Below, piece after piece: positions 1 through 12,715 of a stretch of DNA of 64,000 nucleotides (within the stretch, counting starts at the first letter, position 1; every line of letters begins with the position of its first letter). The notes beneath the pieces are model-generated. The model did no database searches, was not told the origin of the DNA, and saw only the letters and a list, made by a program, of their open reading frames with translations. The position numbers and the translations under genes were made by a program. The stretch covers positions 207,918,396 through 207,982,395 of the forward strand of contig NC_058132.1 of assembly GCF_016433145.1 (NCBI RefSeq), in the 5' to 3' direction. The stretch is from Gracilinanus agilis (lineage: Eukaryota).

Positions 1-383
1 TGGATGCCCTCTCCCTTCTTCCTTCCTCACTCCTGACACACAGTGTCATCCTGCTATTTGGTAACAATGGCCCCAATCCTATCAGACCTTTTTAATAGTG
101 GGTAATAAATGGGAGAGTGCATTGCCCATAAGTGGTGATATGGACAATACATAGAAATAAAATAACTTTAAGACAAATTTGTATAAACCCATGGAAAATA
201 GATCTTGTAATGGGTTAAGGAATTAGAAATGTTTAGGCCCATTATTAAAACCATTATGAAGGAGATCTGTGTTTTAATGGAACTTCTGTCAGAGATAAAA
301 GGTTTAATAGCAAGGTTCATTGGTTTGACTTGATCAGGGATTGCTTTTGTTCTCATATCATTGGCCTACTGTCTCCCCTTTAG

Positions 384-503
384 AAGCTCACCAGTGTCGA
401 AGCGATGAATTCAGCTGTGCCTCAGGAATGTGCATTCGCTCCTCCTGGGTGTGTGATGGGGACAATGACTGCAGGGACTGGTCTGATGAAGCTAATTGTA
501 CAG
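384..503 (+). CDS. SORL1: SORL1 exon 25, LDLa repeat CR3 ([40 protein letters not shown])
   Basis: tag acceptor 381-383, donor GTGAGT at 504; 120 nt, phase 1-1; six Cys and DxSDE motif; near-identical to recalled human SorLA CR3. Confidence 0.97.
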
Positions 504-2983
504 GTGAGTGGCCTCTATGTCAGTGGTTCAAAAGGTTTAAACCTGCTTCCCTCCAAATAAAAACAGAACAGAAAGACTAGGCTGTGTATTCCAAATGTGA
601 TCCAATGTGAAATTTAAAATTCATACTGTAAGAGATTTCTGCTAACTCGGGCAGAATTAAGTGATTATTTTTTATCACCAATTATTAGGTGCTACCATCA
701 GCTGTCATTTTAATGCATGTGGATTACCCACTTTGTGTAGTATAGCAACTTTAAAATCCAGTTTTTCTACACCGCCTAACACCTGAATAGCCTTGTTATC
801 CTGTCCAGCCCCGGGGGACTCAGATAATCCCAACTAATTTCAATTTTTACCTAACTAAAAACATCATCCCTACACACATGTAATGCACCCGAAACTTGAC
901 ATAAAAGTTGCTTTTGTATTCATTATTTTGGATTTATCTCCTTTTGGACAAGTACCTTTTCTCATGCTTCTTTGTATATTCCCCATAGTGCCCAGAGCAC
1001 CAAATGTCTGATTGCTCTTGCTTCCATCCATTAATGGAGTCAGTTTAGAGTTGAAATTTTTAACCAGGAGGAGTCAGTGGAGTTTCCTAAAGTGTCTGAC
1101 CAAGAGAATCTGGCAGAATGCTAGTAGCTTTCTTTTTGTGGTGGTGGTTGTTGTTTTGCTTAACTGTCTATATGTTGCACATCTTGGTGGAATTCACCAC
1201 AATGTTTTGCCGTACAAAGTCAGGGTTGGCATGCCAGGACCTGCAGTATGGAAGCTTGTGTGTGCCAGGGCTCACAGCAGGGTGAAGAAAACAAACCCCA
1301 TGACAAAACCATTGTCAAGCCATGAAAGGCATGACCATCATTAGGAAACCCCTGTTTGGATATGTGACAAGTTTATAAATTAGTGGGAAGCACTTAGACA
1401 TTTCTGTTTGCAAATTGCAGGATGATTGAATATCTTGTTAACATAACCGTATGGCTCAGACTTGCACTTCAGCAGCACATGCATACCTAGGCTTGGAAAT
1501 GAATTAATGACTTCATTTCTCAGGGTGGAGTTTGCCATCCCTCTCCACCATCCTTTCCCTTTTTTTCCCCTGGCAGGGCTGATAGAGGGAGATTTATAGC
1601 CCTTGCCTCTCTGAACTGAAGTCTTGTTCCAGGAATTGCCCTACCAAACTTTTCTAAGAGGATTCTCTCTCTCTCCCCCTTCCCAAAATAGTCTAAGGTC
1701 AGATGGGAGCTCATTAACATGTGTGCATGACTTTCCATTTCCTACAAGAAATTAAACTGTGATCAAATAGCCAAAGAAAATAGGTCAGGACAGCCTGACC
1801 TTCCGTAGCCTCAGCTCTTGTGCACTTTTAAACAATTAAACCTTCTGGAGGAAATGAGGCCCATACTTTCTTTTCATCGTCATAATTTATCTGCAGAGAA
1901 GTGAGGCCCTGCTCATGTTTGGCTAATGGCAAAAACTCATTTGAAGTTAATCAGCTGCTTTGACTGGGTTTTGTGAGGCAGGAAAAATTTGCCTAAGGTC
2001 AGAGAGCAATTCATTAGATAATAGATTATATTAGACACTCTAGTGCTTCCATTCTCTGAATTTTATCTTGACCACTCTGGCAACAATGATGGTGCCTTCA
2101 GAAAGAACTCTGGACTAGAAATTCGGAAACCCATAATATGGTTTGGGGTTGTCCCCTAACTAGCTATGTAATGTCAGGAAAATCACGGCCTCAGTTGCTT
2201 TATCCATAAAATTAGGGAACTCATTGAATTAGGTGATATCTCAGGCCTTTCCAGTTCTACCATTCTTTTATTCCATAATTCATTCCTTATCTCCCCCCAC
2301 CCCCATTCCAGGGGAGCATTTTTCATCTTTCCATACAAATTGACTCTTTCTACCTTGTCCTGCCAGATATCTTTAACCCAATTTAAACTCAGCCCTGGCC
2401 TCCTCTAGAGTATCATTCAAAATACAATAAAAAATAAGGAAAGAAGTATGAGTGGAGAGAAAATCTCTAGAGTAGAGGTTTCTAATTCTATCTTTGCTGC
2501 CAAATCACTCAAACAACTAGGAAATAAGCATTTTCTTAAGCACATCTTATTTTCTGATAAGCTCTGCGATAAGCTCTGGGAATATAAAGAAGGGCAAAAA
2601 CATAGGCCTTGCCCTCAAGGAACCCATATTCTCATGGGGGAGACCACATGCAAATAACTAAGTACACACACACACTCATTTTATTTACATATATGTGTAT
2701 GTCTATTGTGTGTACATATTTAAACACATACATATACACAGCACATATATGTGGGGGGGAGGAAGGGACAGAGAAAGAGAAGGTAATCTTAGAGGGAAGA
2801 CACTAGCAGTGGGAGGAGTGGGATGGAATTAGGAAGAGTCTGTGAAAGGTATCTTGTGAAAGATGAGATCTGAGTTGAGCTTTGAAGGAGACTTAGGAAG
2901 GGAGAAGGTGTTAAAAGGATTGCCTTGCTCCCCTGGGGTTGGGCCCTATTGAGATTATGTAGCAAAAATTTTAATAAATGTGC

Positions 2984-3225
2984 TAGGTTGCACTGTAGAT
3001 AGAGTACCAGGGCCTGGAGTAAGGAAGGCCAGAGTTCAAATCTGGCCGCAGACACTTAGCAACTTTGTTACTCTGGGCAAATTACTTTAACCCTGTTTGC
3101 CTCAATTTTTTCATCTGTAAAATGAGCTAGAGAAGGAAATGGCAAATTCTAGTATTTTTACCAAGAAAATTCCAAATGGTGTCATGAAGAGTCAAACACG
3201 ACTGAAAAACAACTGAACAACAACC
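2984..3225 (+). mobile_element. MAR1 marsupial CORE-SINE
   Basis: CORE plus RTE-like tail GAGAAGGAAATGGCAAA...CAAATGG...GAGTCAAACACGACTGAA. Confidence 0.85.
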
Positions 3226-3629
3226 AAAAAAACCTTTCTAGAGTTCCAGCCCTTATGGTTATAAACCAAAGATGGCAATAACCAAATCCTCTTATGGACC
3301 TTTAGAACTATTATTTGGAAATGCAAGCGGCATTTAGTCAAATGTTATTTATTTACTAAGTACTAAAAACTAAACAAGGAGTAGATTTGGATCTTTAATT
3401 TAAAACAAAGCAAAGCTCTGAAAGATGCCTGCTAGTTGACATGGAGTCACCCTAGGTAGCAGTTTATTCATGATGAAAGAGGAGAAAAATATAATGAGGC
3501 ATTTGGAAAGGTTATTATTAGACAAGTTAAATTAATAAATTAAAATCATGTAAAAGAATCATGGTTCCTGGGGTAATACCTTATGTATCATGACAGATAG
3601 ATTTATCCCCCTTCCTAGAGATAAATGTG

Positions 3630-3820
3630 TTTTTTTGTTTGTTTTTTAAACCCTTAACTTCTGTGTATTGACATATAGGTGGAAGAGTGGTAAGGGTGGG
3701 CAATGGGGGTCAAGAGACCCGCCCAGGGTCACATAACTGGAAAGTGTCTGAGGCCGGATTTGAACCTAGGACCTCCTGTCTCTAGGCCTGACTCTCAATC
3801 CACTGAGCTACCAGCTGCCC
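3630..3820 (-). mobile_element. SINE1_Mdo-like
   Basis: Reverse-strand head ...CTACCAGCTGCCC, poly-T tail; flanks share GATAAATG (3620-3627, 3822-3829). Confidence 0.9.
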
Positions 3821-3894
3821 TGATAAATGCATTTTTAAAAGATATCTAATGGACTATAAGTGCCAGTAATGGTAAAATATTAAATCCTCTAGTG

Positions 3895-4085
3895 CAGTGA
3901 TGGGCAAACTATTCCCTGCAGGCCAGATCCAGGCTGTATATAGTTTGCCCATCACTGCCTTAAGCAATTCCCTAATCACTATGCCCCCACATCCAGATTA
4001 GGATGTGATTAGGGAATTGCTTAAGGCAGTGATGGGCAAACTACAACCTGGATCTGGCCGACAGGGAATAGTTTGCCCATTACTG
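3895..4085. mobile_element. Palindromic hAT-type MITE
   Basis: TIR CAGTGATGGGCAAACTA present four times (3895, 3941-3957 inverted, 4027, 4069-4085 inverted); whole element is an inverted repeat; 8-bp TSD not evident. Confidence 0.85.
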
Positions 4086-4290
4086 TGTGGGTTTATTTGC
4101 ACATGCACATGCACAGATCTTGTAAGAGATGCAGCAAGAAGGTAAGGATGAACTTACACTGTTTTAAAATGATGTTAATTTTTAACTTTACAGTGTTAAG
4201 GAGCTGCTATTTGGTTGGTGTGAGAACTTCTATCAACAATCCAACAATAACTATGATAGTTGGCAAAGCAGCTGACTATTTTATGTGGTT

Positions 4291-4520
4291 CCTAAATGAT
4301 GCAGTGGTTGCAAAGCTAGAATCAGAAGGATCCAAGTTCAGATTTGGTCTCAGCTTCATACTAACTGTGTGACTCTGGGCACATTATTTAACTTCTGCTT
4401 GCCTCAGTTTCCTCAATTGTAAAATGGGAATAATAGCACCTAAACCCCAGGATTGTCGTGAATGTAAAATGAAATAATATTTGCAAAACACTTTTGTAAG
4501 CATAAAGTGTTATTCTTATT
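4291..4520 (+). mobile_element. MIR (one of many; others near 11440, 13250, 13740, 26920, 31290, 32100, 45100, 63200)
   Basis: CORE GCCTCAGTTTCCTC...TGTAAAATGGG and MIR-type tail. Confidence 0.8.
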
Positions 4521-4779
4521 TTAGTCTTAAGAGAGTTGTTTGAGGTCCATAGAGGTTGTAACTTGTCACACAGGGAAAGAATAGACTTGAACTCAGTTCT
4601 TTAAAATTTCATGTATAGCATTTAACCCCCAACACTACACTATCTTTGTATCTTAATTATCTTTAAAATAGACTTGAGTTTAGTTGGAATTCTGAAATAT
4701 CAGTCAAGCCATTGAATGTATATGAATATCTTGATTGCCTTGATTTAGTAAGAAAAGCACCTGCTACCCTCCATAACAT

Positions 4780-5140
4780 CCATCCATACTCTCTGTCTTC
4801 CTTTCCATTCTCACCCCTTTGTCCCTCCTTTATTCCCTTCCTTCTTTCTTCTCTTCCCTTCTTCTCCCTCCCCTTCCTCTCCCTCCCATCTTCCTCTCCT
4901 TCCCTCCTCTCTTTTCTCCCCATTTATCTGTCTCTCTTCTTTCTGTCTTCTCCCTCTCCCACCCCTTTCTCTCTCACTTCTTTGTTCCCTTCCTCTGACT
5001 CTGCCTCTCTCTCCCTCTCTGTCTCTGCTTCTCTGCTTCCCTTCTCTCTCTGTTTCTGTCTCTCCCCCTTCCCTCCTTTCCTTTGTCCTCTCTAGTTCCC
5101 TTCTCCTTCCATTCCTCTCTCCTTCTCTCTCCCTTTTCCT
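4780..5140. repeat. CT-rich low-complexity tract
   Basis: ~360 nt almost purely pyrimidine on +. Confidence 0.9.
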
Positions 5141-6259
5141 TAATAAACAATTATAAACAGCTTTCTGTCCAAGTAGAGAAAGAGAAAATAAGTTGGAGCA
5201 GACAGGCAGCCAGTAGCACTATTTAGTCCCCTTCAGAAATTTCACCCTTTGTATAAGAGATTTGGAGCAATCTCTTTAAAGCCCTGGTGTTTCCTTCTAG
5301 CCTGGGGCCATGGTTTCTGCTACCTCTTGCTTTTGATTCCAGCACTCTTCTCTATTTACTCTAAGTTGGTAGAGAGGGCCCTGTCTTCTGACATTGTTAG
5401 ACCCAGGTTGTGGTTTTTCTTTCTAGAGCCCACTTGCTGTGTGCCCTTGAGGAAGCCACTCTCTGGGGTTCAGTTGTTCCACCTCAAAAGCAGACATTTG
5501 AATGCTTACCAGACAGAGGCCTAGTGACAATAAATGAAGAAATTCAAGTGAGAACATTTTCTGCATTTTAGGAGAAAGAATCACTGAGCCATCAGATATT
5601 TGTTGAACATCTTCCATCTACTTATAATCACTCTAGGAAGTAAAAAGCCTTAAAACCATTAACGACAGTTTTGAAAAAACATTAAATGTCCTTGAGAGCT
5701 GGGAAACAAGATGTTATTATTGCTGGTGTTATTTTTTATTTTCTAAGATTGAGGTGAGATATGTCAGTAATTTCATTCTTAAAGGATCACCTGGTAATCA
5801 TCCCCCTAATATAGACTTAGAGAGTTGCCTGGGACACCGAGAGATTAAGTAACTTTCCCAGGGTTGCACAGCTAATATGTATCAGAGGTAGGAAATCTGA
5901 ACCCTGATTGTAATGCTGCCTCTCTATAACAGTGTTAAATTGAATACCTAATGAAATACCAGTGACAATTCACAGTCAAGAGTTGTTCTGTATCACTCAG
6001 GTTACCAACATAGTGCAAACAAAAATAAATATGACTAATTCAAACATAGATGAAACACCTACTTCTGTAAAGCATGTGTAGTGAGCAAATGCAGTGTTTG
6101 TGTTTGCGAGACACACCGGAGGTTTTTGAGTTTTCCCCAACATGTTGCCAATCAGTCAGGAGAAGATACATTCACTTAATTTTTATTGATAAGAGCTACA
6201 TGGTGACCCCGCTATGATTTTTAAAACTTGTTAAAAAGTAGTTACTAAAAGGTACCAGT

Positions 6260-7795
6260 CCAAATAATTAATAATTTTAGCAAAGTTGCAGGATACAAAA
6301 TAAACCTATACAGATAATCAGCATTTCTATATATTATCAGCAAAGTTCAGAAGCAAGAGCTAGAAATAGCTAGAAATAGAAAATAAATTTCATTTAAAAT
6401 AACCTCTAGAGGAGGCATCTGGGTAGCTCAGTGGATTGAGAACCAGACCCAGAGACTTGAGATCCTGGGTTCAGATGTGGCCTCATACATTTCCTAGCTG
6501 TGTGGGCAAGTCACTTAACCCCCATTGCCTAGCCCTTGCTCTTCTGCCTTGGAACCAATACATAGTATTGATTCTAAGGTGGAAGAGGGTTTTTAAAAAA
6601 ATAATAAATAAAATAAAATAACCTCTAGACCTTATAAAATACTTGGTGGGAATCTAAGACAAATAGAGGAATTATTCAGACACAATCACAAAACACTTTT
6701 CACTCAAATAAAGACTAAACAATTGGGAAAACATTAATTGCTCATGGGTAGGCAGAGCTGATATAATAAAAATGGCAATTCTACTTAAATTAATTTACTT
6801 ATTCAATGCCATGCCAATCAAACTATGAATATCAAGGGAATTAATGAAAAAAGTAGACAGTGGCTTAACAGTAATGGATCTCAAACTATATTATAAAGCA
6901 GTAATCATCAAAACAGTCTGGTACTGGATAAGAAATAGAATGCTGGATCAATGGAATAAATTAGGGATAAATTGCCTTAGCAAATTAAAGCTGCTGGGAA
7001 AGCTGGAAAATGGTATGGCAGAAACTAGGTATAGACCAATATCTCATACCAAGATAAAGTCAAAATGAGTATTTGATTTAGTCTTAAAGGGCAATGCCAG
7101 AAACAAATTAGGAGAATATAGAATAGTTTACCTGTCATATCTATGGAGAAGGGAAGAATTTATGATCAAATGAGATAGAGAACATTATGAAATATAAAAT
7201 GAATAATTTTGATTATATTAAATTAAAAAGGTTTTGTTCAGACAAAACCAGATTAGAAGGTAAACAACAAACTGGTAAAAAATTTTATAGCAGATATCTC
7301 TGATTAAGGTCTTATTTCTCAAATATATAGAAAACAAAGTCAAATTTATAAGAATACAAATCATTCTCTAGCTGACAAATGGTCAAAGGATGTGAACAAG
7401 CAATTTTCAGATGAAGAAATCAGCACTATCAATAATTATTTGAAAAAATGTTCTAAATCACTCTTGATTACAGAAATGTAAATTAAAACAACTTTAAGGT
7501 TGCTACCTTATACCTGTCAGATTGGCCAATTTGACAGTAAAGGAAAATGATAAATGTTGTAAGAAATGTGGCAAAATTGGGATAGTAGTACATTGTTGGT
7601 AGAATTGTGTACTGATCCAACCATTCTGGAGGGAAATTTGGAGCTATGCCCAAAGGGATATAAAACTGTGCTTATCCTTTGGTCCAATGATATCACTACT
7701 GAGTCTGTATCCCAAAGAGATTAAAAAAAAAAAAGGAGGGGGTGGAACCTACTTTTACAAAAATATTTGTTGCTGCTCTTTTTGTGGTGGCAAAG
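6260..7795 (+). mobile_element. L1 ORF2 3' fragment, interrupted by a SINE
   Basis: Degraded ORF2 peptides ([25 protein letters not shown]); SKVAGYKIN-like DNA at ~6280. Confidence 0.9.
6411..6613 (+). mobile_element. SINE1_Mdo-like CORE-SINE inserted in L1
   Basis: tRNA-like head, CORE, A-rich tail; perfect 16-bp TSD TAAAATAACCTCTAGA at 6395-6410 and 6614-6629. Confidence 0.92.
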
Positions 7796-7978
7796 CCCAT
7801 CCATCAAGCTGCATACCCTGAGTTTACACACCAGCTTCCCCAGTTTCCCAGGTCCTGCCTGGGGCAGACCTCCCTCCTCCAGGCCTGAGGACCAGCTAGC
7901 ATTCCCTGCAATCCCCAGTGGTTGGCAGCAGGAGAGAAGGAGCAGTCATGGTAATTCTGTCTCTTGTTTTGTTTTTAG

Positions 7979-8104
7979 CTATTTTCCATACCTGTGAGGC
8001 CTCCAGCTTCCAGTGCCACAATGGGCACTGTATTCCTCAGAGGTGGGCCTGTGATGGGGATGCTGATTGCCAGGATGGCTCTGATGAGGACCCAATCAAC
8101 TGTG
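7979..8104 (+). CDS. SORL1: SORL1 exon 26, CR4 ([42 protein letters not shown])
   Basis: gtttttag acceptor, GTAAGT donor at 8105; 126 nt, phase 1-1. Confidence 0.97.
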
Positions 8105-8865
8105 GTAAGTGTAGATGCCTTTCACCCACCCCGGATCCCTCAGTTTCCACTAGAGAGGATTCAGGTTGGGAAATGCTGTTATTGTCCACTGAGAGGTCCC
8201 CAATGAGCAGGAAAAATTACTCCATGCCTCAGACTTTGAAGTGAGCCATGTTTAAGGACCCAGAAATATTTCTTTTGGGTGATTGATTTCTCGACTCTTT
8301 CCTATCTGTGAAATTGCTTCCTTGGGACTCAGAGAAGGGTGGGTTGACTCTCACTTTGAATCACTATGCCTGACTATGATCTGGGGTCATCATTCTTTTG
8401 GTAGGATTTACAGATTTGAAGGTATGAAACAAGAGTCCTAGTTTTGTTTCTCTACAAACATTCAGGGTCTTACTTCAGGCAAGTCCTTTCCTTGCTATTC
8501 AGTTTCTACATTTCTTTTTGAAAAATTAATAGCAAGGATAAGGGTTAGAGGGTGGCCTATCTATGGGAATCTCTTCTTACCTTATGTGATTATTGAGATG
8601 CTAGATGGCAAAGTGCTTTAATGGAATTATAAGTGATTTTTCCTTATGTAGGAGGCTTGGCTGCTTATTACCAACATGTTCTTGGGCCACTTGCTTGAGT
8701 TTCTTAACTTTCTCTAAAATGAGGAAATTGGACTAGATGGTCTCTGAAATCCTTCTCAAGACTTTTTCTATCATTATTCTTATTATTTTTCAATCAGATC
8801 CAAGTTCTATAGTCTCCTGCTCCTGGCACTGATTTTTTCCTTTCTCTTTCTTTATCCCACTTCAG

Positions 8866-8973
8866 AGAAGAAATGCAATGGATTCCGTTGCCCCAACGGT
8901 ACCTGTATTCCATCTAGCAAGCACTGTGATGGGCTCCATGACTGCTCAGATGGCTCAGATGAGCAACATTGTG
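8866..8973 (+). CDS. SORL1: SORL1 exon 27, CR5 ([36 protein letters not shown])
   Basis: long pyrimidine tract + cag, GTGAGT donor at 8974; 108 nt. Confidence 0.97.
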
Positions 8974-9079
8974 GTGAGTGCAACATTCTTCCATGAGGAA
9001 GCTGTGAGCAGGGTGTCCATGGTGGTTGATACAGGCAGTCCCAACACTTTCCTTCTCTAATGGCTACTCAGGATCAATT

Positions 9080-9284
9080 TTTTGGTTTTGTTTTTTTTTT
9101 TAAATATATTTTCTGTCTTAGAATCAATACTATGTATTGGTTCCAAGGCAGAAGAGTGGCAAGAGTTAGGCAATGGGGATTAAGTGACTTGTCTAGGGTC
9201 ACACAGCTAGGAAGTGTCTCAGGCCAGATTTGAGCCCAGGACCTCCCATTTCCAGTCCTGGCTATCTATCTCCTGAGTTACCTT
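9080..9284 (-). mobile_element. SINE1_Mdo-like
   Basis: Poly-T tail + CORE; TSD AGGATCAATT at 9070-9079 and 9285-9294. Confidence 0.9.
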
Positions 9285-9961
9285 AGGATCAATTAAAAAC
9301 TGATTGACCTTCAGCTACTTGGGCAGTCTCTGGCTAGTTCCCCAGGGCAGATAGATAACATCAGAGGGAGTGTGTACCCTTGGGCTTTTTGAGATTGGCA
9401 CCAGCTAAATTGCCTCAGTGGGCATTGATTCTGTCTCTTGGGTTGGTTCAAATTATCTAGTATTGCTAGTGACCATACATGCAACATTTTGTGACCTGTA
9501 ACTTGTTTAAAACATGAATTTTTTTAAATTCCTTGGCTTAAGGCTCTGTTTGCCTGGAGTGTCCATTACTACCACAGAATTGTGTTGGTAAATTCCACCA
9601 GCATCTCATTTCTTGAATTCCAAAGCATCCATTTATAAGTTCAACCAAAATGCCAGCTTCTCTAAGAAATCCTTCCTCTTCTCACTCCCCAAAACCCTTG
9701 TTTTGTATTTTTCTAATTTTTTGTACTACTTAATGTTTTTTGTACTATTCTAATGTTTTATTCTGCATTTTATTTATGAGTGTTGTTTGTATCTTTTGCC
9801 CTGGCTAGACTAAATTGTGAAGACAGGGACTATGTCTTATCTATACTTATGTCTCTTCAGGTTTCTAGCACAGGTTTCTAATGATTTGTATATTACTTAT
9901 TGAATACTTGTCAAGCTGAAGTTGATTCTTTCCCTCTTCTACTTTCTGTGAACTCTTTCAG

Positions 9962-10093
9962 AGCCCCTGTGTACCCGTTACATGGACTTTGTGTGTAAAA
10001 ACCGCCAGCAGTGCCTCTTTCATTCCATGGTGTGTGATGGGATTATCCAGTGCCGTGATGGCTCAGATGAGGATGCAGCTTTTGCTGGGTGCA
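9962..10093 (+). CDS. SORL1: SORL1 exon 28, CR6 ([44 protein letters not shown])
   Basis: ctttcag acceptor, GTAAGT donor at 10094; 132 nt; read by hand, absent from ORF track because short. Confidence 0.96.
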
Positions 10094-10428
10094 GTAAGTA
10101 GGCTGGTCAGGGAAAAAAGACCCTGGGATAGTTGAAAGGACTGTCAGAGAAGAAGAGGGGGCAAGACTAATTGAGGGATGTTCATTCACCTACCTTAGCT
10201 GCCTTAAGAAACTAGGTGTTACATATGAAGTGCTAAACCTTTCTTTGTCAATAGTAGTCAGAATACTAAGAGATTAGAGGGTTTGCTTTTTTTTTTTTTT
10301 TGCTTACACTTAATATATTTCATAGCATTTTCAGATCCAAAGAGCTTGAGACCTTTTTTCCTATGTCATTCTGCTATGCTGAATTTTTTAACATAGGAAT
10401 GATCAGAATCTTGTTTTAATTTGTTTAG

Positions 10429-10560
10429 CTCAAGATCCTGAATTCCACAAAGTTTGTGACCAGTTCAGTTTCCGCTGTCAGAATGGAGTTTGTATTAGTT
10501 TGATTTGGAAATGTGATGGGATGGATGACTGCGGAGATTACTCAGATGAAGCCAATTGTG
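10429..10560 (+). CDS. SORL1: SORL1 exon 29, CR7 ([44 protein letters not shown])
   Basis: ttgtttag acceptor, GTAAGC donor at 10561; 132 nt. Confidence 0.96.
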
Positions 10561-11190
10561 GTAAGCTAATTTTTAAAAAACACACTTGTTTATACTCTTC
10601 TGTTCTTCTGATCTTTGACTTATTACACTCACTTTAAATTCAGAAAGAAATGAAATTATATGAAATTTGGTCAGGTACAGGCATATACTTTTTTTAGAAG
10701 TTGCAGCTAATTCTGAGCCAATTTATAAAGTGTCATGTCTTGAGACACTTTGGAAGCTATTAAACAGCTCTTCATATTGAGATGCTAGTAATACATATAC
10801 ATGTATATGTATATATTATATATTACTGTTTCCATTTTTTGAATTTAATGCTCTTCCAAGTACCACTTATCCCAATTCACAGGTCACCATCATCAATTTT
10901 CACTAATAAACCATTCTTTTGGTCAGATACCCATAATTTTAAATTCAGGTAATGATTTTCAAAACCTTATAGTATAGTTTAGAAAATTTGAGTTACCTGA
11001 GAAAAAGGAGAGAAGGGGGAGTTGACATCTATGGATTTATATGGATGAAGTCTTTTTTTGTTTTCTGTTGTAAAATCTTATAACCTTGTAAATGCAGCTG
11101 GGCTTTGGGTAGGAAAGGTGGTTACATTTCTGAGATCTCTGAATAATATGTGCTGGGAAAGTGACTATCGATCATGGTTGGTATCTTTAG

Positions 11191-11325
11191 AAAACCCCAC
11201 TGAAGCACCAAACTGCTCCCGGTACTTCCAGTTCCAATGTGAAAATGGTCACTGCATTCCAAACAGATGGAAATGTGATAAGGAGAACGACTGTGGGGAC
11301 TGGTCTGATGAAAAGGATTGTGGAG
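11191..11325 (+). CDS. SORL1: SORL1 exon 30, CR8 ([45 protein letters not shown])
   Basis: tctttag acceptor, GTAAGG donor at 11326; 135 nt. Confidence 0.97.
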
Positions 11326-11724
11326 GTAAGGGAGCCCTACAATAAGCTGATACTAGGAAGAGTTTATTGTTATGGAGCACTTTCTAGTTTGTTTGCAAAG
11401 TGTTTTACTTAAATAACAAGAATTATGGTAATGATGATAACAATAACTAACATTTCTGTAGCACTTACATAGCATGGTATGCCAGGTACTTTGTTAAATT
11501 ATTTCCTTTGGTCCTCACAACAAGCCTGTGAGGTAGGTGCTATTAGGACCCCCATCTTACTGTTAAGAAAACTGAGGCAAATAGAAGCTAAGTGACTTGC
11601 CCAGGGTTACCCAGCTAGTAAGTTTCTGGGTCTGGATTTGAACTTGGGTCTTCCTGACTGAGCATTGTATCCACTATGCTCAGCTAGCTTCCCTTGTAAC
11701 TAATCCCAAATTCCAGAACATTAA

Positions 11725-11910
11725 TTCCTGGGACATAGCACTGGGCCTGGAGTCAGGAAGAAGAATTGAATTCAAATGTGAGTCACTTAGCCTGTTTGCC
11801 TCAGTTTCCTTATCTGTGAAGTGAATTGGAAAAAGAAATGGCAAATCACTCTTTGCCAAGAAAACCCCAAATGGAGTCTTGAAGAGCTGAACACAACTGA
11901 ACAACAACTG
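11725..11910 (+). mobile_element. MAR1 CORE-SINE
   Basis: GAAATGGCAAATCACTC...AAGAAAACCCCAAATGG...ACTGAACAACAAC tail. Confidence 0.8.
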
Positions 11911-12715
11911 CTGCACTACAAAAGCCATTCTACAGACTGTAAGCTCCCTGAGGACAAGAATCATGCCCTGTCTAAGCTTTGCACTTTCTCCCAGGCAAAT
12001 GGTACATAGCACATGTTTAATAAACATATTGAGTAAATGATTCTCACCAGGACCCTAAGAACCCCACTAAATATGATTTTATTTTGCTTTGAGTATGATT
12101 CACCAAACATTCTTTATCCTGGGGTTTATTTCATAGTTCTCTTTTTTAATCCCATGAACTTGGTTTTCCCCTTATTTTATCCCTTTAGTTTCTTTTCTTC
12201 ATCTCTAGGGGCATTATATGCTCATGGTTTTGTAGGCTGTGGGCTGCAGTGGGCACTCCCTATGGGAGGAATTGCTGTCCCAACTTTCTCTCCCCTTTTG
12301 GGACTCATTTCTTTCTCTTACCCTCTCACTTTGAACCCTTGCACTTGCCAGTCTAGTGGGCTTTGGGTCAGCCCCTTCAGATGCTCAGGCACAAGGCTGA
12401 TGTTCCTGCCATGTGGCCCCCTCTAAACCCTCTCCTCTGCCTTTGCCAGTTCATGTACGAACCCTCAGCATACAAATCAATTTGAGGACTAGTTTAAGCC
12501 GGACATTGTTGGAGTGGGAAGCCTGCCCCCAGGGACACACACATGTAAAATCACAGCAGAGCTGCCCTGTCAGGAGCATTCGGTCATATGGCCTTGTGGG
12601 AAATTGATTTTCTACCCCTTTGCTGAGGAGTATTGCAGCGACCAGGATGGCATTTAGGGGAGACTTAGGGGTGATGGGCTTATCTTGCTGATGTTGCCTT
12701 CTGTGTCTTTCCCAG

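Noticed and set aside
4663-5095. ORFs of 86 aa (-) and 127 aa (+)
   Set aside because: Translations of the CT-rich low-complexity tract (S/L/P/F or R/E/G/K rich); not genes
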